From Clostridia bacterium (GTDB lineage: Bacteria; Bacillota; Clostridia; UBA1212; UBA1255), in assembly GCA_017560765.1 (NCBI GenBank), contig JAFZEI010000015.1:397-64396 (forward strand): a DNA stretch of 64,000 bases. Reading direction: 5' to 3'. A program made the translations under genes and the position numbers. The notes under the pieces are model-generated. The model searched no databases. It was not told the origin of the DNA and worked only from the letters and a program-made list of their open reading frames with translations. Shown piece by piece: positions 28,524 through 36,299 of the stretch (positions within the stretch are counted from its first letter, which is position 1; the number at the start of each line of letters is the position of its first letter).

Positions 28524-29813
28524 TTATAATTCTAATGCTTTTTTTACATCAAAGCCTTTAAGCAACATGTCATTTCCGTTTGTATCAAAGACCTTAACAC
28601 AATCCATATATTCTCTAAGTTTTTCCCCCAACTCCTGTTTCGAATCACATACAATGTATAATCTTGTCATAACTTGCTTTTCATTACCTATCCATTCTTT
28701 AGGAATATTATCTCCTTCATATAAACGCTGTGCATTTGCAATAATATTTTTATCGTTTTTCCATTTATCCAAACCCTCAATTTTGCCAATGCGTCCCTCT
28801 TTGAGCAAAAACCAAAGTGTAGCAGCCCATTTTCCGCGCAAATAAGGATCATCCGAGGATAAAAGATCCATTTTTCCCTCAGACCCCGTCAAAGCAAATC
28901 TAATAAGCATTTCTCTTTGATCAAAACCTTGAATTTCTTTAATTAGCAGATGCGGTGCCTCTCCCTGAAGTCTAAAGCCTGTATCGTACACATAAAACTC
29001 ACCATTTTCATAAAAAGCAGAAAGCATGAGCACTCCATTACGTATTCCGATGTCCTTGAACATCATTACTGCATTCTCGTGCATTCTCTCAAAATATTCC
29101 TTCATATGCTTTGAGGGGTATGTGCCTCCAAGACACACACGGCTCAACCCGGGCTGTTCATCAGTAGTATATCTGTCATATATACAAGATGCGCTGCATT
29201 GTCCGTCCTTAAACGTATAATACATTCCCATGTCTTCACATTGCATGTATTTTTCTACTATAAAGCGTTTTTTCTTTGAGGCTTCCAAAGCTTTTTCAAC
29301 GGCAGGTTTTAAGTCTTCTTTACTGTAACAAACTGTCATTCCCACACCACCACCGTTATCTACAGGCTTTACCATTACAGGAAATACAATTTTATCAATA
29401 TCTCTGTCATTTAAATCTGCATCAAGATAAAACTCCGGTATTCCGTGAATGCCATACCTTTCACAAGTAGCTTTAAAAACATCTTTAAAGGCAAAAACAT
29501 CAACAATTTGCTGCGTGGCATAGCAAGGAAAACCTAAAGCATTACAAACTTTACAATAGGAAGGAACAAGAATATCAGCAACGCCTACCAGCACACCGTC
29601 AACTTTTTCTTCCATTGCCAAAGCAATAACACCGGGGACATCCATTCCGTCAACATCAAAACTTTTCCAGGAATACTTTTTTGCATCATCAGTATGGCGA
29701 CCGCTTGTAACAATGGTCTTAATTCCCATTTCGTTTGCCAACTTAACAAGTGCTGTTGTTTCAGGATTTCCTCCTAAAATCAATAACTTTTTACCTTCAA
29801 ATTCACTACTCAT
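28524..29813 (-). CDS. ATP-grasp ligase
   Basis: KKLLILGG pre-ATP-grasp region, FPVMVKPVDNGGGVGMTV and DTGFRLQGE. I prefer ATG at 29813 (AGGAGA 6 nt upstream) over the track start at 29828. Confidence 0.7.
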   Translation of the reverse strand: MSSEFEGKKLLILGGNPETTALVKLANEMGIKTIVTSGRHTDDAKKYSWKSFDVDGMDVPGVIALAMEEKVDGVLVGVADILVPSYCKVCNALGFPCYATQQIVDVFAFKDVFKATCERYGIHGIPEFYLDADLNDRDIDKIVFPVMVKPVDNGGGVGMTVCYSKEDLKPAVEKALEASKKKRFIVEKYMQCEDMGMYYTFKDGQCSASCIYDRYTTDEQPGLSRVCLGGTYPSKHMKEYFERMHENAVMMFKDIGIRNGVLMLSAFYENGEFYVYDTGFRLQGEAPHLLIKEIQGFDQREMLIRFALTGSEGKMDLLSSDDPYLRGKWAATLWFLLKEGRIGKIEGLDKWKNDKNIIANAQRLYEGDNIPKEWIGNEKQVMTRLYIVCDSKQELGEKLREYMDCVKVFDTNGNDMLLKGFDVKKALEL

Positions 29814-29842
29814 ATAAATTCTCCTCATTTATACAGTTTCTG

Positions 29843-30613
29843 TTATATAGTTATTCTTTCTCCCACAGTCATAAACATAAAATTATTATTTGGATATTGT
29901 TCTTTCATAATGTGGTAAAATTTCCCGGGATTTCCTCCATGGCACGGAAACATTCCGTAATGACTGGGAATAGTAATTTTGGGCTGTAACGCATTACTTA
30001 AATCTGCACAATCCTGTTCATTTAAATTGCCAAATGCTCCGTTTATCGGTGCAATCAACATATCTATTTCTCCAAAAGCCATATATTCTTCTGCTTTTTC
30101 AAGATGCAAACAAGTATCTCCGGCCATATATATTATTTTACCATCTACGGAAATTACCACTCCAAATGCATCCGGTGCGGCATCAGAATGATCGCAGCTT
30201 ACAAAATGCAAATCAAAACCATCCAAAGAGACGCTTTGTCCTGCTTTTACATAATGCACATTGCTTTCCTTCATTTGCAAACGTAAAACTTCTTCTCTGC
30301 ATCGTGTAGATGCAAAAAGCTTAGTATTGGGATTCGACATAAGCAGCGGTATAGAATCTATATCAAAATGGTCTACATGTGCATGAGTTGTTATCAAATA
30401 ATCAAATTCTATATCAAAAGCACCAAATAATTTAGGGAGCATTCTTTTAAAACCAATATTACCTTCAATTCGCTCTACACATTCCGACAAATACAAATCT
30501 ATGCCTAAAAGCTTCCCGTATTTATTTTTTATTATATACCCCGCCTGTCCCACATAAAAAAGATGTGTTTCTCCAAGCCGTGCAGACATAACATTTGTTA
30601 CGAAATCATTCAT
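29843..30613 (-). CDS. Metallo-beta-lactamase-fold hydrolase
   Basis: THAHVDHFD (HxHxDH), a later CDH, and GD/H motifs. Length 256 aa. Confidence 0.8.
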   Translation of the reverse strand: MNDFVTNVMSARLGETHLFYVGQAGYIIKNKYGKLLGIDLYLSECVERIEGNIGFKRMLPKLFGAFDIEFDYLITTHAHVDHFDIDSIPLLMSNPNTKLFASTRCREEVLRLQMKESNVHYVKAGQSVSLDGFDLHFVSCDHSDAAPDAFGVVISVDGKIIYMAGDTCLHLEKAEEYMAFGEIDMLIAPINGAFGNLNEQDCADLSNALQPKITIPSHYGMFPCHGGNPGKFYHIMKEQYPNNNFMFMTVGERITI

Positions 30614-30629
30614 AAACTATAATACCTAC

Positions 30630-31253
30630 CTATACAGTATTTTGTGACTCTACGTATTCAGCAAAATCCTCCATTGTAACAGAAGTTTCTGAGGATATTC
30701 CTTCCCGCTTAAAAACTGCAGCTACAGTTTTGAAAAGAATTTTTATATCCAATAAAAGGGAAACATTATTCACATAATATAAATCTAATTGAAATCGTTC
30801 CTCCCAAGACAGTAAGTTCCTGCCATTTGCCTGTGCATACCCTGTTAATCCCGGCCTTACATCATGTCTGTGTTTTTGTTCTTCTGAATAGTATGGCAAG
30901 TATTTTACCAATAAAGGCCTGGGGCCGACAATTGACATATCGCCTTTTAATATATTTATTAATTCCGGTAGCTCATCGAGAGAAGATGCTCTCAAAAACT
31001 TTCCATACGGGACCAATCTTTCTTCATCCGGTAAAAGATTATCGTTCGTATCTTTCTCGCAAGTCATTGTCCTGAATTTAATAAGCTTAAAAACCTTCTC
31101 TTTTTTACCCGGTCGTGGTTGTACAAAAAAAGGATTGCCTTTCATAACAATAGCTCCTGCGACAATCATGATTATTATAATCGGCGAAAAAACAATTAAG
31201 GCAGATAAAGAAAAAACAAAATCAAGTATACGTTTAATAAACTTTATGTACAT
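30630..31253 (-). CDS. Small monotopic phosphoglycosyl transferase (PglC/WbaP-C-terminal type, initiating sugar-phosphate transferase)
   Basis: One N-terminal hydrophobic helix, KLIKFRTM, DELPELINILKGDMSIVGPRP and RPGLTGYAQ. Confidence 0.9.
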   Translation of the reverse strand: MYIKFIKRILDFVFSLSALIVFSPIIIIMIVAGAIVMKGNPFFVQPRPGKKEKVFKLIKFRTMTCEKDTNDNLLPDEERLVPYGKFLRASSLDELPELINILKGDMSIVGPRPLLVKYLPYYSEEQKHRHDVRPGLTGYAQANGRNLLSWEERFQLDLYYVNNVSLLLDIKILFKTVAAVFKREGISSETSVTMEDFAEYVESQNTV

Positions 31254-31254
31254 A

Positions 31255-32442
31255 TTAAAAACAACTCTTTATTATCTCAATTACAACATCTTGCTCTTGC
31301 TCTGTCATTTTTATATCACTGGGCAAGCACAATCCCCTATTAAATATATCTTCACATACACAAAAATTATCAGCTTGTACAACACCACAATTTTTAAATA
31401 CAGGTTGCATATGCATCGGCTTCCATATTGGTCTCGACTCAACATTGTACGAAGCCAATTTTTCGCGAATTTCCTCAGGACAAGACTTTCCTTTTTCGCT
31501 AATATATGTAAATTCCTTTTCTTGGCGAATTTGCTTGCACATTGCTTCTTTATCAATAATTATGCAACTAAGCCAATAATTTGGTTCCATTCTTTTCTCA
31601 TCATAAGGATTCATTTTTAAAGGAAGATTCTTTAAACCTTCTTTGTATCTTTCATATATAGCCTTTTTGGCTTTTACATGCTCATCAAGATGTAATAATT
31701 GTCCTCTGCCTATCCCGGCAAGGACATTGCTTAATCGATAATTGTACCCCACAATCTCATGCTGATACCATGGAGCATCTTCTTTTGCTTGTGTAGACAT
31801 CTTTCTTGCCAAGTCTATGGCGTTTTTATCATTGCTTAATAACATTCCGCCGCTACTGCAAGTAATAATTTTGTTTCCGTTAAAGCTTATTACACCATAA
31901 TCTCCATAGTTGCCCGTTTGTACTCCTTCAAAAGTTGCACCTAAAGACTCCGCCGCATCTTCAATCAAAACAGCATTGTGTCTTTTGCAGATAGCTTTTA
32001 TTTCGTCTAATTTTGCAGGCACGCCATAAAGGTTCGTCACAATAACAGCCTTTGCATCACCGTAAATCTCAAAAGCTCTTTCAAGTGCTTTCGGATCCAT
32101 ATTCCATGTTTCTGTTTCGCTATCAATAAAAACAGGCTCTGCTGCTTCATAAACAACGGGATTTACCGTTGCAATAAAAGTCATATCCATACAAAAAACT
32201 TTATCTCCCGGTTTAACACCGGCTAATTTAACTGCTAAATGCAAAGATGTTGTTCCTGAAGACAATGCCAAAGAGTAATGACATCCTACTTTATCACAAA
32301 TTGCTTGCTCTAATTGATTTATATTTTCACCCAATGTGCTGACCCAATTTGTATCAAAAGCTTCATCAACAAAAAGTCGTTCCTCAGAATGCATCGTAGG
32401 TGTTGCTAGCCATATTTTTTTATCAAAGGGTTTAATTACCAT
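31255..32442 (-). CDS. DegT/DnrJ/EryC1-family sugar aminotransferase (PglE-like)
   Basis: Fold type I PLP enzyme. SFNGNKIITCSSGG (PLP-Lys context) and LCLPSD near the C-terminus. Confidence 0.9.
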   Translation of the reverse strand: MVIKPFDKKIWLATPTMHSEERLFVDEAFDTNWVSTLGENINQLEQAICDKVGCHYSLALSSGTTSLHLAVKLAGVKPGDKVFCMDMTFIATVNPVVYEAAEPVFIDSETETWNMDPKALERAFEIYGDAKAVIVTNLYGVPAKLDEIKAICKRHNAVLIEDAAESLGATFEGVQTGNYGDYGVISFNGNKIITCSSGGMLLSNDKNAIDLARKMSTQAKEDAPWYQHEIVGYNYRLSNVLAGIGRGQLLHLDEHVKAKKAIYERYKEGLKNLPLKMNPYDEKRMEPNYWLSCIIIDKEAMCKQIRQEKEFTYISEKGKSCPEEIREKLASYNVESRPIWKPMHMQPVFKNCGVVQADNFCVCEDIFNRGLCLPSDIKMTEQEQDVVIEIIKSCF

Positions 32443-32446
32443 TTTT

Positions 32447-34477
32447 TCACCTTACTATCTTAGTTTGCTCCTGACAAATCGAATCATTCTCAATAAAATT
32501 CGAGTTACCCGCAGGCTTATACGTAGTTACAATTTTCATAACCATTTCTCTTACATCATCATCTCTGTTTTCAAAGCACGCCTTCATTAAAAACTGTAGC
32601 TGATGCAAAAACTTATCCGTATCAAAATTTATAGGCTTTCCTATATGTATAAGTTTATTGGGAGTACTTGTTATACCCTCTTCAGCCATAAGCTTCTCCT
32701 CAAAAAGCTTCTCTCCCGGCCTTAAACCAATATATTCAATTTTAATATTAACATCAGGAATATAACCTGACAATTTAATTAAATTTCTCGCTAATGTATC
32801 AATTTTCATCGGAGAACCCATATCCAAAACAAAGATTTCTCCGCCCTTCGCATACGTTTCTGCCTGCAGAACGAGAGAGACAGCCTCCGGAATAGTCATA
32901 AAATAACGTATTATATCAGGATGTGTAACTTTTACAGGTCCACCGTTTGCAATTTGTTTTTTAAACAAAGGAATTACAGACCCGTTGCTGCCCAAAACAT
33001 TACCGAAGCGCACAGCAACAAATTCCGTATGAATCTCTCCGGGATGTTTACACGGCATTTTAAATTCCCCATCCTCATCCTCAACATGAGCCTGTATAAC
33101 AGGAAGCTCGTCCGCTCTGCCTTCCTTAATAAGCTTATCAAAAGACTGAATTATCATCTCGCACAAACGCTTGCTGGCGCCCATAATATTTGTTGGGTTA
33201 ACCGCCTTATCTGTCGAAATCAAAACAAAGCGTTTGCAACCATTCATAATAGCAGCATATGCTGTCTTGTATGTTCCGATGGCATTATTTTTTATAGCTT
33301 CGCAAGGGCTACTCTCCATAAGAGGAACATGCTTGTGTGCCGCAGCATGGAAGACAATTTCAGGCTTGTACTTATTAAAAACCTGGTTTAACTTACGGCT
33401 GTCTCTGACTGAGCCTATAAGCACCACAAGATTTAATCCGTAACACGTTTCCTTAAGCTCTTGCTCTATATCATAAGCATTGTTCTCATAAACATCAAAA
33501 ATTATCAACTGCTTAGGTGCATGTTTTGCAATCTGTCTGCACAACTCACTGCCAATTGAACCGCCGCCGCCTGTAACAAGAATTACCTTTCCGCTCAACT
33601 GACGGAAAATGTCACTCATTTCTACCTTTATCGGTTCTCTTCCCAAAAGATCTTCCACCGCAATATCCTTCATGGCAGCAACAGAAACATCACCGTTAAC
33701 AAGCTGGTATAAGCCGGGCAGATTTTTTACTTCGCATTTTGTGTTTTGGCAAATATTAAGTATTTCACTTTTGACTTCGGCAGAACAACTGGGAATAGCA
33801 AAATATATCTTCTCTATATTGTACTTTTCTACATTTACTAAAATATCGTCACGTCCGCCTACTATCGGTACGCCATCAAGATATCTTCCCCATTTACTGC
33901 TATCGTCATCAATTATACAGCAAACAACATCCTTGATTGTTGTTGCTCTTTTAACATCCTGTAAAATCATTTGTCCTGCAGAACCGGCACCAATCAGCAT
34001 AACTTTTGAAAAACCTGCCCCTGAGGTATTTTTTATTGCACTGTTTCTTTGTAACAGAATAAAACGATATCCAAAACGCACTGTAATCAAGAAAACAAAC
34101 TGTATTATTGAGCCAAATAAATGATATGAAAAAATCATTTGTTTAAAAATAACTGTAATTCCTATCCAGTGAGCAACAGAAGTAATAATTGATGCCAATA
34201 AAATTCTGGAAAACTCATTAAAACTTGCATATCTCCACAAGCTGCGATAAAGTCTGAGCAAAAAGAAAATAACAATGCAAAAGACAGAATATATCGGTGC
34301 AAATTTTGCAAACGGTTCTAAATATCCACTGCTTTCTACCAAAGAAAACTTACAGTCAAATCTAAACCACAATCCTAAAAAATATGATAAATTAACAGCA
34401 ATCACATCATAAAAAACAAGTAATATCGCTGCATAATTAATAGATTTTTTTTGTTCAATCGATTTGTTGTTATTCAT
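32447..34477 (-). CDS. Membrane-bound UDP-GlcNAc 4,6-dehydratase (CapD/PglF-like)
   Basis: Four N-terminal TM helices, LIGAGSAGQ, LVTGGGGSIGSEL and STDKAVNPTNIMGASKR. The start is set at ATG 34477 (AAGGAGG 6 nt upstream). The track ORF's extra 57 codons lack support. Confidence 0.9.
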   Translation of the reverse strand: MNNNKSIEQKKSINYAAILLVFYDVIAVNLSYFLGLWFRFDCKFSLVESSGYLEPFAKFAPIYSVFCIVIFFLLRLYRSLWRYASFNEFSRILLASIITSVAHWIGITVIFKQMIFSYHLFGSIIQFVFLITVRFGYRFILLQRNSAIKNTSGAGFSKVMLIGAGSAGQMILQDVKRATTIKDVVCCIIDDDSSKWGRYLDGVPIVGGRDDILVNVEKYNIEKIYFAIPSCSAEVKSEILNICQNTKCEVKNLPGLYQLVNGDVSVAAMKDIAVEDLLGREPIKVEMSDIFRQLSGKVILVTGGGGSIGSELCRQIAKHAPKQLIIFDVYENNAYDIEQELKETCYGLNLVVLIGSVRDSRKLNQVFNKYKPEIVFHAAAHKHVPLMESSPCEAIKNNAIGTYKTAYAAIMNGCKRFVLISTDKAVNPTNIMGASKRLCEMIIQSFDKLIKEGRADELPVIQAHVEDEDGEFKMPCKHPGEIHTEFVAVRFGNVLGSNGSVIPLFKKQIANGGPVKVTHPDIIRYFMTIPEAVSLVLQAETYAKGGEIFVLDMGSPMKIDTLARNLIKLSGYIPDVNIKIEYIGLRPGEKLFEEKLMAEEGITSTPNKLIHIGKPINFDTDKFLHQLQFLMKACFENRDDDVREMVMKIVTTYKPAGNSNFIENDSICQEQTKIVR

Positions 34478-34674
34478 CTTTTGCCTCCTTTTCTTTAATA
34501 CTTTTTTATTTCTTTTTTGTATGCTTCGCCAACCTAAACATATATTAATTTTGTTTAGATGCTTTTGTAAAAAATATATCTTTTTGTTGTCTGAAACGAG
34601 CGTAAAGCTACGATTTAAGACAAAACAAAAGTCATACAAAAAAAGCACAAACAGAACAAACCATTCGCTGTTTA

Positions 34675-34703
34675 ATTTTATTTCTTAAACACCTTTTTGT
34701 CAA
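34675..34703 (-). promoter_or_regulatory. Sigma-A promoter of the 19-kb polysaccharide operon
   Basis: Minus strand reads TTGACA (34703-34698), N17, TAAAAT (34680-34675). This implies a leader of about 190 nt. Confidence 0.6.
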
Positions 34704-34848
34704 GTAAAACATAGCTATACAAAAGGGGCTTTTCTTTGAGTTTGTGTATATTTTTGTCAAAAATTTACACTGTTTTTTTAAATTTGTTTTTCATTGAAAA
34801 TCATGTTATACTATTTAAAATTATCACTCAAATAGCGGGAGGAAAATA

Positions 34849-35220
34849 ATGAGAATACACGAATCGGGAGAAAACTATTTAGAAGCTATTTTCAATATCC
34901 GAAAACGTACAGGAGCATGCCGTTCAGTAGATGTTGCAAGAGAACTTGGATTCTCAAAACCTTCTGTAAGCATAATGATGCGAGAATTACGTGAAAACGG
35001 TTTTATAGAAATAGATGATTCAAATGATATTTCTCTGACCGAATCCGGTATGAATATCGCTCTTTCAATTTCAGAACGCCACGAAATAATAGCCAGAACT
35101 CTTATTATGTTGGGCGTTCCGGAGGATATTGCTTTAATTGATGCCTGCAAAATAGAACATGATTTAAGTACGGTTTCTTTTGAAAAAATAAAGGAATATT
35201 ACATCAAGAACAAAAAATAA
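34849..35220 (+). CDS. DtxR/MntR-family metal-dependent transcriptional regulator (no SH3-like C-terminal domain)
   Basis: ESGENYLEAIF...VDVARELGFSKPSVSIMMRELRENGFI is the winged-HTH of the DtxR family. RBS is GGGAGG. Confidence 0.8.
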   Translation: MRIHESGENYLEAIFNIRKRTGACRSVDVARELGFSKPSVSIMMRELRENGFIEIDDSNDISLTESGMNIALSISERHEIIARTLIMLGVPEDIALIDACKIEHDLSTVSFEKIKEYYIKNKK

Positions 35221-35309
35221 GCATATCAAAACCATGGATTTATTTTACTCTTCTCTTTTTATATTTTTACGAGTATAATATGTAAAGTCTCAGAAAGGGG
35301 GCTGATATC

Positions 35310-36221
35310 ATGAGAATAGAAAAAATTTCTAAAAACACTGTTAATGTATACATTTCCCATAACGACCTTGCCGCAAGACATCTTTCTTTTGCTTCCTTAA
35401 AAGAGGATTCTGCAGATTATACAAAGCTTGTATGGGATGCAATAGATCATGCAAACATAGAATTTGGCCGTGAAATCGACGATCGTCAGCTTCGCGTTGT
35501 TAACAGATTTGACAACGATGGTTGTCTCGTTCTTACTATTTCACATAGTATCGATGAAGACTCCCACGAAGGAGCACTTTATGACGAAGAAAATCCTCTT
35601 TTAGAGCATTTTGATAAAATATTAAATGCCGCTGCAGATTCTATGCGTAAAGAGTTAGGTTTAAATTCAAATAACAAAACAAGAAAGACTTCACAAGATA
35701 CTAACGCGGAGCAAAATCCCAACGGCACGGCTTTTCGCAATATTTTTCAGAAAATAAATGCCGAAACAGATGCGCGCAAGAATTTCCGTTATAACACAGG
35801 GAAGAAAAGTGAGCCGGCTCAAGAAGAAAATTACGACGATATAGCTGAAAATAAAGCAGCAGAAGGAATTCCGGAGTCAAACGACAATCGTGAACATGCA
35901 GAAGAGCGCAAAAACCATCTTCTCCCGGATTGGGATATTATTGTGTTCCCGGTTTTTACAGATATGGTAGAATTTTTCTCAAAAAACCAAAACTTTAAAA
36001 GAATAGCTTCTTCTTTATACGGATATCGCGGAGCATATTATTTGCTCCTCAAACCAAACAGCAAAAACCAACACACCGTAGAACGGTTAGAAGCTCTTGT
36101 TGTCGATTATAATGCCACCTATTTGCCTGCAGAATCTTTTCTTCCATTATTGTTAGAGAGAGGAAAAGTCATCATGGAATCAGGTGCAATCTCAAAGATT
36201 ATTAAACACTTTACTTTATAA
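35310..36221 (+). CDS. mecA: Adaptor protein MecA
   Basis: MRIEKISKNTVNVYISHNDL N-terminal domain, low-complexity linker, and a C-terminal domain ending GAISKIIKHFTL (compare Bacillus MecA ...ALETIKKHFAS). Confidence 0.85.
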   Translation: MRIEKISKNTVNVYISHNDLAARHLSFASLKEDSADYTKLVWDAIDHANIEFGREIDDRQLRVVNRFDNDGCLVLTISHSIDEDSHEGALYDEENPLLEHFDKILNAAADSMRKELGLNSNNKTRKTSQDTNAEQNPNGTAFRNIFQKINAETDARKNFRYNTGKKSEPAQEENYDDIAENKAAEGIPESNDNREHAEERKNHLLPDWDIIVFPVFTDMVEFFSKNQNFKRIASSLYGYRGAYYLLLKPNSKNQHTVERLEALVVDYNATYLPAESFLPLLLERGKVIMESGAISKIIKHFTL

Positions 36222-36240
36222 AAATTTTTATTTTCTCTAT

Positions 36241-36272
36241 AAAAAAAGCACTCGAGAAATCCCGAGTGCTTT
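36241..36272. terminator. Bidirectional terminator between mecA and nifJ
   Basis: AGCACTCG-agaaatcc-CGAGTGCT flanked by A7 (giving a T7 tail on the minus strand for nifJ) and by TT on the plus strand. Confidence 0.8.
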
Positions 36273-36299
36273 AAATTATGCTTTATTTTACGATAAGGA

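Noticed and set aside
31135-31620. 161-aa plus-strand ORF spanning the sugar-transferase/aminotransferase junction
   Set aside because: It crosses two well-supported minus-strand genes on the opposite strand, with no RBS and a hydrophobic nonsense-like sequence.
32921-34124. Plus-strand ORFs of 156, 90 and 171 aa inside the capD/pglF-like gene
   Set aside because: All are antisense to a gene with unambiguous dehydratase motifs. Their compositions are typical of reverse-frame artefacts.
34478-34648. 57-codon 5' extension of the capD/pglF-like ORF in the track
   Set aside because: The extension lies in the predicted untranslated leader and encodes non-homologous basic, low-complexity sequence. 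The internal ATG at 34477 has a perfect AAGGAGG.
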